64,000 nt of DNA from the human T2T-CHM13v2.0 reference genome, Homo sapiens: NCBI RefSeq assembly GCF_009914755.1, contig NC_060932.1; one strand, 5' to 3'. Each line of letters opens with the position of its first letter. Within the stretch, counting starts at the first letter, position 1. The notes under the pieces were generated by a model. The model saw nothing but the letters and a program-made list of their open reading frames with translations. It was not told the origin of the DNA and made no database searches. Below are positions 40,661-55,540 of the stretch, piece by piece. A program made the translations under genes and the position numbers.

Positions 40661-42129
40661 ACATTTTCTAAAATTAAAATTAGAAACAAACATTTAATTT
40701 GATGGCACCTTAACTCACGTGATTGACGATTAAAATATGAATTTTCAATCTTTCACAAGTGTCAGGTATTCCAACTTGCATTTCAATAGGGTGTACTTTC
40801 AACACTTAAAAATTAGGAGACTCTGTGTTTACACCTACCTGTGTCAAAATCCCTCTCAAGTTTTTAAAGCATTTAGTTCCGACAGCTCAGATCTGTTTCA
40901 CTACCAAAGAAGTCAACTCATTAAATATATGACCTTTGTAGATTTCTTTGTTCATCCAGTTTAGTAAAAAGGCCCAACTAGGTGTCTGTCTCTCTCCTTT
41001 TTCTTTATTCATGTATGTGTTTCCCTCCCTCTGCTATTATTTAAACTATTCCTTCTAGTAGCCCCTCATCACCAGGCTGCTGACTTTCAATCTGCTGCTG
41101 GGGCTTCCATTTCTCTGGTGCAATTCCACACAGCTGTTTGTACCTTCTGGTCTCTTTTCTGGCCACTAGTTCTTAAAGCCTCATTATTTAATAAAGCTTC
41201 CTAAACTTACCATTATTCACTAAGCCTCTTGATCATTCAGGTTTTATAAATAATCGAACAGTAATAGGAAAACAATATTATATTTCTAAGTAGTGAATAA
41301 AACACATTATGTGTGTCTAAGTTAAAATGCTACAAAAAATGATTACTATATTATTATATTATTTACTGACTATATTAATATTACTATATATGAGTACTTA
41401 TATTAAAATTACTGTATGTAATGTATTTTACATATAGTCATCTCTCTATATACATGTGTACGTAGATATAATTTACTGAAGTCAAATGGAAGGATTTTTC
41501 ATTAGATCACATTTTTATGGCCTGAACAAGGGACATTTTTATGATTGATAACCTAAAGCTCATGAAAACTAAAAGAATTGCCAGTTTAGTTACTAACCTG
41601 TAACAATATCCCAGATCAAACTTTTATTATCTAGCTTTATGTTAATATTAAAACCCATTTCTATAAAATAATGTTTTTCTCTTTTATATCTATGTCACCT
41701 TGACTGTTTTCTTTGTGTAGTCCTTTGTCTTACAGTATTATTTCTCTTCTATTTCTTTCACTTTATTTCATTCTGTAACCCACTTTTATGAGATTGTATC
41801 TCAAAAACTCCGTAATTCCTCATTTTCATTAAATTGTATATTTACTTTTAATGCTGAAAATATTTTTATATTACTAAAGTTCTAACATTTCTTTAACCTG
41901 CATAGATTTTATTTTCTGTTGTGGTTTATATTTTATTTAACAACTAAAAATATGGTAGCTAAATCTCATGAAATATGTAGTGGGCATCTTTTCTAGACAT
42001 CAATTAACCATAATTCAAATAATTTATTCTTATAATAGAAGAAATAAAATCTTTAGCTGAGATTTAGTATAAATCCAGTCTTTATGTAGACTCATCAAGA
42101 AAAAAAGGAGATCCAAGAGAAACCCAGGA

Positions 42130-43070
42130 AAGGAAGGCTTCACTGCTGAATTTTACCAAATATTTTAAAAAGAATTAATATCAATTATTCTGACACTCTT
42201 CCAAAAATTGAATAGGAGGGTATATTCCCAGACTAATTTTATGAGGCCAGCATTACCCTGACACTAAAGGCAGACAAGTTAAATGAATTCAGTAAAATTG
42301 CAGGATACAAAATCAACATACAAAAATTAGTAGTGTTTCTCTACTAATAAAATATTCAAAAAGGAAAATAAGCAAACAATTCCATTTATGAATAACAATA
42401 AAAAATTACTTAGGTGTAAATCTAATCAAGGAAGTGAAAGACCTGTAAACTGTAAACTAGAAAATATTGATAAAAGAAATTGAGAAAAATAGTAATAAAT
42501 AGAAAGCTGTGCTTTCTATGCTCATGGGTTGAAAAAATTAATATTGTTAAAATGCTCATACTAGTCAAATTGATCTATAGATTCAGTGCATTCCCTATCA
42601 AAATTCCAGGACATTTTTCACAGAAATAGAAAAACAATTCTTAAATTCATATGGAACCACAAAAGAACCCAAATGGCCAAAACAATTCTGAGCAAAAAGA
42701 ACAAAGCTAGAGGCATCACACTCTCTGATTTCAAAATACACTGAAAAGTGATTATAATAAAAACACAAGGCAATGGCATAAAAACAGATATGTTGATATG
42801 ATAAGGCTTTGTGTCCCCACCCAAATCTTATCTTGAATTGCATTGCCCATAATCTTCCCAAATCCCCACGTGTTCAGGGAGAAACCAGGTGGAGGTAACT
42901 AAATCATGAGGGCAGTCACCCCCATGCAGTTCTCATGATACTGAGTGAGTTCTCATGGGATCTGATGGTTTTATAAGGTGCTCTTCCCACTTTACTTGAG
43001 TTTTGACAAAGGTGCTAAAAACACTCAACAGAGAAAGGACAGTCTCTTTAATGAATGGTGTTGGAGATAA
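42130..43070 (+). mobile_element. L1M ORF2 fragments
   Basis: ggcttcactgctgaattttaccaa, gcaggatacaaaatcaacatacaaaa, ctgagcaaaaagaacaaagctagaggcatcaca, ttttgacaaaggtgc. Confidence 0.8.
42794..42997 (+). mobile_element. THE1C/D-like LTR 5' half
   Basis: tgatatg...tgtgtccccacccaaatcttatcttgaattg...gttctcatgggatctgatggttttataagg. Confidence 0.75.
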
Positions 43071-44803
43071 ATGGTGTTTGAATTTATGAGTGACGACTTA
43101 CAGTATCTGTAGAAGAAATTTCTAAGCAACAAAGTGATCAAGATATGGTCTGGCTATTTCTAACATCCTATGTTCAGATAAGGGAGCAAAGAAATGACTT
43201 AAAGTTGGAAGTTCTCTTTAAAGGGAAAGCAGAGCATGAGAGTTTTGAAAATTTGCAGCCTACCCATATAACAGCAACAACAAGAACAAAAAAGCTATTA
43301 TGGGTGGAAGAATCCAAGAAGGCTGTGGAGCAACCACTTGTTAGAAATATTTGTGTGACTAAAAAAGAGCTAGGTGCTGATAGCCAAGACAGTGGGAAAA
43401 AGGCTTCAAAGGCATTTCAGAGATCTCCTAGGTAGACACTCCTATGATAGGCCCAGAGGCTAAGGATGAAACAATGGTTTTGTGGGCCTGGCACAGAACC
43501 CTGCTGCCCTGCATAGCCTCAGGATGCTGCTCCTTACATGCCAGCCACTCCAGCTGCAACTCAAAGGGGCCCATATATAGCTTGGGATGCCCCTCTGGAG
43601 GGTACAAGCCATAAGCTTTGGTGGTTTCCATGTAGTGTTAAGCCTGTGGGCATGTAGACTGCAACAGTGAAGAAGGCTTGGCAGCCTCTGCCAAGATTTC
43701 AATGGGTGTATGAGAAAACCTAGATGCCCAGGCAGAAGCCTGCTACAGGAGTAGAGCCCTCACAGAGAACCTCTACTAGGGTTATGCAAAAGGGAAATGT
43801 GGGATTGAAGGTCCTACACAGAGTCCTCACTAAGGCACTACCTAGTTGGACCTGTGGGAAGGGCACTACTGTTCTCTAGACCCCAGCATGTTAGATCTAC
43901 TGGCAGCTTGCACTCTGCACCTGGAAAAGCTGCAGCTACTCAACTCCTACCCCTGAGAGCAACCTCAGGGGCCATACCCTGCAGAGACATGGGGGCAGAG
44001 CTATTCAAGGCCTTGGGAGCCCACCACTTGTACCAGTGTGCTCCAGATTTGGGACACAGAGTCAAAGGAAGTTAATTTTGAGTTTTAAGACTTAAGCCTT
44101 GCTGGGCTTCAGATTTGCTTGAGGCCTATAGCCTCTTTCTTTTGGTCAATTTATCCCTTTTGGAATGGGAATGTTTTTCCATTGCCTGTTTCCCCATTGT
44201 ATCTTGGAAGTAAATAGTACGTTTTGATTTTATAGGCTCATAGGTGGGAGGAACATGGATTCAAACTCAGATAAGACCTTGGACTTGGGACTTTTGAGTT
44301 AATGATGGAGCAAGTTAAGACTTTTGGGGACTGTTGAGATGGGATAATTTTATTTTGGAATGTGAGAAGAATATGAGATTTGGGGGCCAGGGGCAGAATG
44401 ATATAATTTGGACATCCCCTCCAAATCTCATGTTGAGATATAATCCCTAGTGTTGGAGATGTGGCCTTGTGCAAGGTTTCTGGTTCTTGGGGGTGGGTCC
44501 CTTGTGACTTGGTACTGTCCTCATGATAGTGAGTGAGTTCTCACAAGATCTGGTTGTTTAAATGTGTATGGCACCTCCCCTTATTCTCTCTCCTGCTCCT
44601 TCTCTCTCCATGTGATGCGTCTGCTTCCATTTTACCTTCTACTATGAGTAAAATCTCCTTGAGGCTTCCTCAGAAGCTGAGCAGATACCAGCACCTGCCA
44701 TGCTCATGCAGCCTGCAGAGCCATGAGCCAATTAAACCTCTTTTCTTTATAAATGACCCAGTCTCATGTGTTTCTTTATAGCAATGCATGAATGACCTAA
44801 CAC
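43071..44803 (+). mobile_element. MST MaLR internal sequence plus 3' LTR (MSTA-like, LTR about 44399-44803)
   Basis: agaagaaatttctaagcaacaaag, gagccctcacagagaacctctactaggg, ggggccaggggcagaatgatat junction, LTR end tttctttatagcaatgcatgaatgacctaacaca. Confidence 0.85.
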
Positions 44804-46287
44804 ATGCTATATTATAGAAACTCATATAACTTAGATATAATGAACAAGTTCAGATACAAACTATCATAATTGACTCAAAGGAAGGATAACTTGAAGAAGG
44901 ATAACTAAAATAAATTAATGTATTAAATTGGTAACTTAATATTCTCACAAAGAAAATCCCTGACCCACATGGATTAATAATGAAGTCTATCTAGTACTTA
45001 AAGGAGAATTTAGAGCACAAGCAATGAACAGTTAAGAATAAAAATTAATTTATAAAAATGAAATTAAGAAATTCAGTTCAATTTGCCAATAACATCAAAA
45101 ATATAACCTGGTTAGGAATAAATTGTACAAATGAAGTGCAAGACTTGTACATTGAAAACTATAAAACATTGTTGAAAGAAATTAAATAGAAAGTAATCCA
45201 ATATTCATTGATCTACATAATTAATATTGATAAGATAGCAATACTATTTATATTGATCTACAGATTCAACACAATCCCTAACAGAAATACCAATTGTCTT
45301 TTTTTTGCAGAAGTTAATAAATTGATCCTAAAATTCATATAGAAATTTAGGAGATGCAAAACAGCCACAATATATTGAAAACAAATGATAAAGTTGAAGG
45401 ACTCACACTTCTCTATTTCAAAACTTACTACAAACCTATAGTAACATAAAAGTGTGATATTGGCATAAATATATAGAGAGATCAATGGAACAGATTGAGT
45501 CCAGAAATAATGTTTTAACTTGATGGTCTATTGGTTTTAGACAAGGTTACTAAGACAATTCAGTGGTGGAAAGAAAACTCTTTTCAACAAATTATGCTTG
45601 GAGACCTAAATATCAAGATGCTAAATAATGAAGGTAGACCCCTAATTTACAACATACACAAAAAATTACCAAACATGAATCAAGGATATAAAGGTAATAA
45701 TTAAAACTATAAAACTTTTAGAAGAAAAACTTAAGAATCTTCATAATCACAGGTTAAGCCATGTGTTTTTACACATAACACTGACAGTACAAGAGACAAA
45801 GAAAAAATTGAATAATTTGGACCTTATAAAAATTAAAATATTTTGAGCTTCAAAGAATAGAATCAATAAGGCAAAAATGCAGCCCTTGAAATGGAACACA
45901 GTACTTGCAAATCATATATCTAATAAGGGTCTCATGTCCAGAATATGAATAACTTGTAAACCTGAGTAACAAGAAGACAATTAACCCAATTTCGAAAATG
46001 AGTATATTAGCTGAATAGATACATTTTCAGAGAAGATATAAAAATAGCCAATAAGCACATAAAAATGTCCAACATTATTGTCATTAAGCAATTCCAAATA
46101 AAAATTACAATGGCATACTACTCCATCCCCACTAACATGATTAAAATATAAAAGAAAGTATTAAGCGTTGGTATGGATGTAGAGAAGTTGGAACTCATAC
46201 ATTTGTCTTGGGATTGTAAGATGAAGCCACTTTGTAAAACACTTTGGCAATTCCTCAAATATTAACCATAATGTTACATTTGCCCCA

Positions 46288-47924
46288 TGTATTAGTCTGT
46301 TCTCACACTCCTAATAAAGACATACCTGAGACTGGATAATTTATAAAGGAAAGAAGTTTAATGGACTCACAGTTCCACATGGTTGGGGAAGCCTCAAAAT
46401 CATGGTGGAGAGTGAAGGGGAAGCAAGACACATCTTACATGGTGGCAGACAAGAGAGAATGAGACCCAAGTGAAAGGAGAAACCCGTTATGAAACCATCA
46501 GATCTCATGAGACTTATTCACTACCATGACAACAGTATGGGAGAAACAACCCCATGATTCAAATATCTCACACTGAGTCCCTCCCACAACACATGGGAAT
46601 TATGGGAGCTACAATTCAAGATACAATTTAGGTGGGGACACAGTCAAACCATACCATTTCACTCCTGGCCCCTCCCAAATCTCATGTCCTCACTTTTCAA
46701 AACCAATCATGTCTTCCCAACAATCTCCCAAAGTCTTAACTCATTTCAGCATTAACGCAAAAGTCCACAGTCCAAAGTCTCATCTGAGACAAGGCAAGTC
46801 CCGTCCACCTGTGAGCCTGTAAAATCAAAAGCAAATTTCTTACTTCCTAGATACAATCAGGGTACAGGCATTAGGTAAATACAGCTGTTCCAAATGGGAG
46901 AAATTGGCCAAAACCAAGGGGCTAAAGGCCCCATGCAAGTCCAAAATGCAGCTGGGCAGTCAAATCTTAAAGCTTCAGAATGATCTCCTTTAACTCTATG
47001 TCTCACATCCAGGTCACACTGATACAAGAGGTGGGTTCCCATATCTTGGGCAGCTCCACCCCTGTGGCTTTGCAGGATCCCAGCTACTTTCATGGGCTAG
47101 TGTTGAGTGTCTGCAGTTGTTCTTTTCTGTCACATCATCAGAATGCAAATTTTTTGAATTGTTATGCTCTGTTTTCCTTTTAAAACTGAATGCTTTTAAC
47201 AGCACCCAAGTCACCTCTTGAATGCTTTGCTGATACCCTAAATCATCTTCCTCAAGCTCAAAGTTCCACAGTCCTCTAGGGCGGGGGCAAAATGCTGCCA
47301 GTCTCTGCTAAAACATAGCAAGAGTCACCTTTTCTCCAGTTCCCAACAAGTTATTTATCTCCATCTGAGACCACCTTAGCCTGGATTTTATTGTCCATAT
47401 CACTCTCAGCATTTTGGTTCCAAACTTTTCCACATTTTCCTGTCTTCTTCTGAGCCCTCCAAACTGTTCTAATCTCTACCTGTTACCCAGTTTCAAAATC
47501 TTTTCCACATTTTCGGGTATCTTTACAACAGCACCCCACTCTACCAGTATCAATTTACTTTATTAGTCTGTTCTTAAGCTGCTAATAAAGACATGTCTGA
47601 GACTGGGTAATTTATAAAAGAAAGAGATTTAATAAACTTATGGTTCCATGTGACTAGCGAGGCCTCACAATCATGGCAGAGGGCAAAGTTGAAGCAAGAC
47701 ACATCACACATGGCAGCAGGCAACAGAGAATGAGAGCCAAGCGAAAATGGAAACCCCTTCTAAAACCGTCAGCTCTTGTGAGACTTACTGCCATGAGAAC
47801 AGTATGGGGGAAACTGCCCCCATGATTCAGTTATCTCCCACCTGGTCCCTCCCACAACACTTGGGAATTATGGGAGCTACAATTCAAGATGAGATTTGGG
47901 TGAGGACACAGTTAAACCATATCA
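46288..47924 (-). mobile_element. THE1B/C-like MaLR element: LTR 46288-46656, shortened internal, LTR 47559-47924
   Basis: Two directly repeated LTRs, internal aatctcatgtcctcac...ggcaagtccc; perfect 5-bp TSD cccca at 46283-46287 and 47925-47929. Confidence 0.92.
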
Positions 47925-48318
47925 CCCCAGAATTCCACTCCTAAATACACATCTAAGAAATGAAAATATACATTAATGCCAAACTTATATACAAATGTTT
48001 ATAGCAGTATTATTCACAGTAGCCATTATGTGGAAAAAGACCAAATTTACATCAATGAGTGAAGAAACTTTTAAAAAATATGTGCATATCATTATAATAG
48101 AAAATTTTGGGGTGAAAAAAGTGATGAACTACTAATACATGCCAAAACTTGTGTAGACCTTGAAACCATTATGATAAAGAAGCCAGTCACAAAAGGCCAC
48201 GTGTTTATGACTGCTTTTATATGAAATCTCCAGAATAGGCCAATTCATTTGGACATCAAGTAACATAGTGGTTGCCACCTTTGGGATATGAGGTAAGGGA
48301 CATTATTGCTGATGCATA

Positions 48319-48632
<314 letters not shown>

Positions 48633-48729
48633 TTACATATAGTAAAATTCAACGGAATTGTACATTTTAAAAGGGTGAATTTCATTGAATTGTATCTTTA
48701 AGCCTTTTAAAAAATTGGGATAATGTTAA

Positions 48730-49078
48730 TCTTTTAGAGTGTACAATTCAGTGACATTTAGCACATTAAAAATATTTTGGAACCATCACAGCATCCAGTT
48801 CCCCCAAAATTTCTATCATCCTAAAATGGAAGCCCATGCCCATTAAGCAATCACTCACCATTCCCCTAAACCCTGGTAGCCACTAGCCTGTTCTCTATTT
48901 CTATGGTTTTATTTATTCTGAACATTTTGCATGAATGGAATCATACAATATGTGACCTTTTGTGTTGAGTTCTTTCGCTTAACATAGTGTTTTCGTGGTT
49001 TATCTGCATTGCATTATGTACTTCATTGTACCTCATGAGCTGTTAATTGTTTCTTTAATAGCTGAATAATATCCTCTT
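48730..49078 (-). mobile_element. L1MB 3' UTR fragment
   Basis: gtgtacaattcagtgacatttagcacatt...atgaatggaatcatacaatatgtgaccttttgtg. Confidence 0.8.
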
Positions 49079-52000
49079 ATGTAAGCTATTTTTAAAATGC
49101 TTTTTAAAAATCAATTGGAGACCAATGGACACCAATAATGCAAGCCAGCTCCTAGAGAGCCCTGTGATTGAAATCAATTTCTTTTAATAAATTTGTTTAA
49201 TATGAAAAGAGAAATACAAAAGAAATTTTAAAAATCCACTAGAAATGGGTTAGCTGAGACAAACTCTTTCTGTGAAATGATTTAAACAAAGTTAAGTAAA
49301 ATGAAAAATTAGCATATCAGAGACATCAGTATGCCACCATACATTGAATATATCATACACGTACACTACACAACTTCAGAAATATAATTTACCTGTGTTT
49401 TCCCACTCCCCTCAGAAAGCACCTTTGCATAACATACTGTGTGGAATTCTGTCATATGAGAAAGAAATTTATTTCTTATAGATTTTCTATAATCTCTTAT
49501 ATTAGAGTAACAGTATTTTATGATGTGTACATTCCTTTTACTACCATTAATCCTTTGATAGACAATCCTCTTAGCTGTGCAGGATAAAGCTCACTGTCCC
49601 TTTCTTATGTTTGAGGACTCTGAGTTTCAAAATCTTACTAGTTCTACACCAGTGAAGGGTAGAAGCAAGCCTTTTGAGTCTGGGTCTTCTGAAGCCAACC
49701 TTTAGCTTTGTTTTACCCTTTTCCATGAATTACATTTTTCCATGAATAAAATTAAACTATAGTATCAAGGAAACTTGTTTGTTAACATGTATCATCAAAG
49801 AGCCTTCACTAGAATAATATGTGGCATTAATTGATACAGGTTTTGATGGGTAATCTAAAATATCTTTGCTGAAATACTGGCTTATAGAAATCAGTGCCAT
49901 TGCTTTTACGATCTTTTCTAGTGTGAGAACAGTCTTGCATGGTGATGCTAATTCTCTCCCTGTTATCTGTTATCAGGAGAATGGCTCTTGATGTAATATG
50001 TCCTTTTTATGGCACTGGCCTGAATTTAATGTTCAATGTAAATTTTAATCTTTTAAATGTCTGCAAAATAAACTCTTTTTTATGAAAGTGACACCAATAA
50101 GAGAGTGAAGATGATTTTTAATGGCAAAGGAAAATAATAAATATGTGTTTATTTTAAAACTTAGAGCATTGAAAAATGTGATTATATGGCACATTATAAA
50201 TAGACCAAAAGTCAAAAGAAGATGTAAAATAAACTTCTAATAAGATGTATTGGCTAAAAATCTTGTGTTTTATGGGAAAATGAATCAAATCGTCACTCAG
50301 TTTTGTACCCATAAGGGGATACAGTTTTATCCCCAAGTAATTGGAGATTTAGTAAAATTGACACATTTAGGATTAAAATGTGGTATGACTTAATATTAGA
50401 ATCAGAATGAGGATTTCAGAAAAATATTGTGAGTCATTATGTACTTCAATCAAAATCTAATCTAGACAACAAACATGGAAAAAATAAGATTGCATAACAA
50501 TTATTGGTGAATTTTAAGGTAGATATTTTTTATTAAGCTTTTTTTTTTTTTTAAATAGCCACAGGGACTGTTAAATGTTAATGTCTGAAGTTAAAATAAC
50601 TTTTTCACTGGAGAGAAAAAAGTTTGACTTTAATAGCCAACTATTCATGATATTTATTATCAGAAAGAATGACTGAAGAAACCAATTCTAAAGCTCATAT
50701 TATTGTTTTTGTAGATTATTCTCAAGATTGACTGGCTTATACTAGAAATCTTGAAAAGCCAATTCATCTGGTTATCCAGGGATATATTTTAAAATCCGTA
50801 AAAAGTGGAGAAACCATCTGGACTTTATATTTATTGAGAATTGGTATTTAAACAAATTTTAAAAGACCTTTCTGAGATTTTTGTTTGTTTTAGTAGAAGG
50901 GCGTTTCATAGCAAATTTTAAAAGCTTGATGGTATATAACTTGGAGTCAGAAAAAACACCTTCTTTTGGTGGTATAGGTGCTTTGATTTATTTTTAGAGG
51001 TAAAAAATTCTTAGCTCTTCCACCCGAATACCTATGGGTGTAAGAACCATAATACTTTCTTCAGGCATGTGGGGGCTTCTTCAATATCCCAAAGCTATTT
51101 GTTCCTCCCCACTCCTGGCAGGGCTGACTCTAACACACACATGCTCTTGATCTGAAACATAATTTAATCTGCAGTGGTTAGACATAATAGTTACTCAAAA
51201 AATAGTTGATAGGTGAATCTATGCATTAACTAGCATTGGAGGTAATTTCCAACAATGTAAACTTTAATACGCAGTACTGATCTAAAGTTCATTCAGGAAC
51301 AAAATATTTATTGCTAGATGATAATCTGAAATAGATGTAGTTCATGCATTCTTCCAGATAAACTAATGATTATCATTCAATTATAATGCTGAATTCTATG
51401 GCCACATATCACGGTGCCATTCTTTTGACCTTCCCATGTAAAAGTGATTTTTAAATTCTTAGAAATAGTCTATTATGCCTGGTAAAGGGTATTCTATTAA
51501 TTACTTTTGTGAAAATCTTAGTTATGTTTATACTAAAGTGTAAACTTTTGGGAGAAATATATTCAATGTTATTGAGAATTTTTATAGTTACTAAATCCTG
51601 TAACTGATCATATTTCCTCTTATATGTTGGCTATTAGAAAGCCTTTAAAAACTATTTGATTTTAAATAGATATGATATTGTTTTGATATAAATTTTAAAA
51701 GATTGAAATGTTTTAAAAGTAAGGAAAATGGAGCTAAAATTGTCCCTGTATCCAGCATTACCTCCTTGAAAATATATAGAATTTCACAGAATATGTTTTG
51801 TAATTTAATATTATTCTTGCCTTCATCAGTTTTTCCTATGTTTATCTTCACTGTATTTCATTAACTTTTTAAACAATATTATCTGTATTTTTGTATGCTC
51901 ACAAGATAAATCCTTTTAGATAACAAATGAAATCCTTTACTGAAAAAAGTCAAAGGCTTTGATTTTAATATGTGTTGTTATGCATAATAAGAAACTGTTT

Positions 52001-53133
52001 TCCTTCTCTGGAAATTTTTAATGTAAACAAAATATTTGAAGAAATTATAAAAAATAACAATCTGTATATATTTTTAAATCTGACTTCAAATTGATACATG
52101 AGGCTTAGACATACGTGTGTCATTTGATAACTGTCTTAAATATCTAAATATAAATCAAAAAGCATTTTCATTACTTCGACTATAAAAACACAAATTCAGT
52201 AAGTACTTCAAATCTTGGAAGAATAACTTGAAAACTACAATAAGTATTATAAAAGGTAAGGATGAATGTGACTGAACTTGAAGAAAATGTGGGACATAAA
52301 TGAAAACAGACTCTCATCAGCACATAGGTCCTCTACATGTGGACGTGATTACACAGAGATGTGTAAAGTCTTACTGATAACAGTGTGGTCTTGAAATACT
52401 TAAATACCCTTCAAGACAAATTATACCTTCAGCTTAACCACAAATCAATGAATACATCCTAATGACAGGATGTCTAAAGACCATATATATGTATATATAG
52501 CCAGAATATATATGCATATATATAGCCAGAATACTCCTATAGTAACTCTAAGTACACAGTGATGATCAGCAAGTGATAAAATACTAAATACAGACTTGGA
52601 GCTTAGCTGAACAGTTGGATGGACAAGTCATGAACAACTGAAATTCGTAATTAAATAAGAAACACAGTTTCTAAACTGTTCAATATTTATTGTTCATGCT
52701 TACTGTTTGGAATCAGGCATATCTACATTAGTTTTGAACCAAACAATGTTAAAATAGTCACATGCTTATACAATCACTTACGGGAATAATAAGAGTTAAC
52801 TATATTTTGGGTACCCTTCACATACTTCTTAATATTTTGACTCATTAGTATCTTAATAGATGTCCATTCACTAGTTCATATATTTTACAAGTCTAAAAAA
52901 TTCATATTATTATACTAAAAAATAATAGGCAATAAAAAAGTTTAATTATCATAAATTCCTATAAACTTTGGGATTAAACTTTTAAAGTTAAGCAAAATAA
53001 CATTTTTGAAAATGTTTTAGTGATTTTTTAAAGGATTAATAATTAATAGGTTGTTACAATCATTTGTGTATTATAAAATTATAAATTATTCCTTTATGCA
53101 ATCGCCAATAATATTTAACTATTTTTTAAAGTA

Positions 53134-53187
53134 ACTTAATGCTATGAATATGATGAATTCACTTAATGCTATGAATATGATGAATTC
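53134..53187. repeat. Perfect 27-bp tandem duplication
   Basis: acttaatgctatgaatatgatgaattc x2. Confidence 0.95.
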
Positions 53188-53937
53188 TCATTTCCGTGTT
53201 TATTCCCTCTGCAATTGGCTTCATTGAGAGGGTCGATTTTAAAAGTTTGCAATGTTCGTAGTTTGCCTTACCAATAGTCCTCTGACCAGTCACCTCAAGC
53301 CAGGATGATTTAGTGATATCCTTTTAGGGAGAGCAAGTCCAGAAGAAGACCAGCATCTGACAAAGGTCCTTTATGAACAATTTGATTCATTCTTGTCTCT
53401 GCAACTTCACTTTCTTTCTGTCCCTTACAAGAGTTCTCCTGGAACCTCCCCTAACTGTCCAAGTTTTTTTTTTTTTTTTTCATTTTTTTGATGAGAGCTT
53501 TAATTCATTGCTGTGATTCAACTTTAATGTATATGCTTCTGATTTTCAAATTCATAGGTTTTTAGACCTTACCTCAGCTCAACATTCACATAATTGAACT
53601 GCTAATATTTCTGCAAACACCACTTTTGAATAACTGCATATTTTTGTCATACAGATATGTTATACTTGATCAATCTTTTTAAAAAGGTTGTACATATTTT
53701 CCTATCATGAATACTGTGGTCCTGAATATATACTTACAGTAACTTTTACTTGTATTTTGGATTATTTATTTATGACAGATTTCTAAAGTTAAAAGTAATG
53801 AATCAAAATGTGGGTATATTTTAATATCTCTTGATAGTTGTCTACAAATGATCAGAAATATATCATCCCAGTGTTACATGAGAATGCCACTATTGCTGCA
53901 TTCTAAATTTTAAGGCTTTGGTAATTTAAATGTTGAA

Positions 53938-54170
53938 AAATCACCCTCTCCCCATATTTGAGAGTCACTCCTGACTGTGGCTGTCCTGGCCAAGCAGGCT
54001 GCCCCTTTTCTTTCTCCATCCTTATTTTTGGTGTTTCTTGTCACTTTTCTGTTAAACTCCAGTGTTCTCTCTTGGATAATGTATTTGAGGTATGGTTTTC
54101 TCATACATTATTTTGGTTCTTATAAGTGGATAAGTTGTCTATGAGATGCTTCTAGTCAGCCATCTTAAAC
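53938..54170 (-). mobile_element. Isolated L1 5' UTR terminal fragment (L1M/L1PB-type)
   Basis: aactccagtgttctctcttggataatgtatttgagg...gatgcttctagtcagccatctt. Confidence 0.65.
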
Positions 54171-55254
54171 CAGTCATACTTCATTTTAAAAATTAGCACT
54201 GTTTTTATTCTAATTGAACATTGTGTAATTGGTTATTTAAAACATAATTCCAATTTCCAGTGCTCTCCTAAGTGTGTCCTAACCTGCTTTTAAGTGAATT
54301 CTTTAAAATACTTTTTCCTGTACTGTGCTTCTGACAAACTGGGTAATTCACTGTTCTTTATCAACCTTCCTAGCTTGATTGAAGTCCATCAAGTACTCCA
54401 TGTTACCTGCTTCTGGTCTTGTTCATTTGATTTCCTACTATACAAATATTTTTCCTTCCATATCTGTCAATCAAAATTGTATCTACATTTCAAGATCCAT
54501 CATAAATGCTTCTTTTTCATAAAGTCATTCCATATATTTCCCACCAGACACAATTTATTTCTTCTCCAGACCTTCATATCATTTTATGTACTCATTTAAG
54601 GATGTTTGCCTTGTATTGCCTCTTATAATTATATACTTTGTAATTTTCACAATACCAGAAGAGTATTTATTTTTATTTTGGAACAGAGAGTATCAATATT
54701 TGAAGGCTATTTCAATAGATGCTCTGAGCTCAAAATAAAATGAAATAAATTTCTTTACATCCCGTCCAGTTAGCTGTGTAATATTTACGTATTTGCTTTT
54801 TTAATCTCAAAATAAATATCCAGTTTTATTTGCCTGCTGTCTTCTACAAGTTATTGCATTATTCTAAGCGAGGTTATTAGACTTGTGTCTTAAAATAACT
54901 ACTCCTGGTACCTTAGAAGAGGAAAAATTGGACCTATGCAAAATAATCCCATTTCCAAAGATTCTTTAATATAATAAAAGCTATGAAAAGGCCATTTTAT
55001 TGCTTTGTTATCTTATCTCTGCAATCATTTAGACCTTATAAAGAGATTCCATAAATTAATCCATCTGGCTTAAAATTTATATAACTTTCTTATATTTTTC
55101 CTAGGCTTCCATCTAAGGGCCTGAGAAGAAAATTGACCATCATAGAGTTTTATCTTATTCCTCAATAGACAGAATTCTAAGGAAAAAAAAAGAGTTGATC
55201 TTCAAATATTTTATAAAATTCTTTGGAGAGAAATACTGTAGGGGATCATTAATT

Positions 55255-55540
55255 AAGCTTTCATTTATTCGACGAGTGTTTTTGCTAAATGCCTAAAATT
55301 ATCTAGGCTGTGTGATATGAGCTGGAGATACAGAGAGCAGTCAGTTTCTTCTCTCAAGAGGTTACAGTCTACTGGCAGAGACTGAAAACAAAGAGTGCCA
55401 TGGCAAAAATTCTGTGAAGAAAGATCCCAGAGGAGGCCTGTTAATTAGGTTGGATGGGGGCAGGGCTGAGGTCAGAAAAGGCTTCCCTGGTAGATAGATA
55501 ACAGTTAAACTCAATTTTATAGGGCAAGGAGGGATTCACC
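55255..55540 (-). mobile_element. L2 3' fragment
   Basis: tcatttattcgacgagtg...gagctggagatacagag...ctctcaagaggttacagtcta...ggtcagaaaaggcttccctgg. Confidence 0.65.

Noticed and set aside
51645-51851. Possible minus-strand coding exon with gag|gtaatg donor
   Set aside because: No convincing acceptor tract and no recognisable peptide; expected by chance in AT-rich DNA
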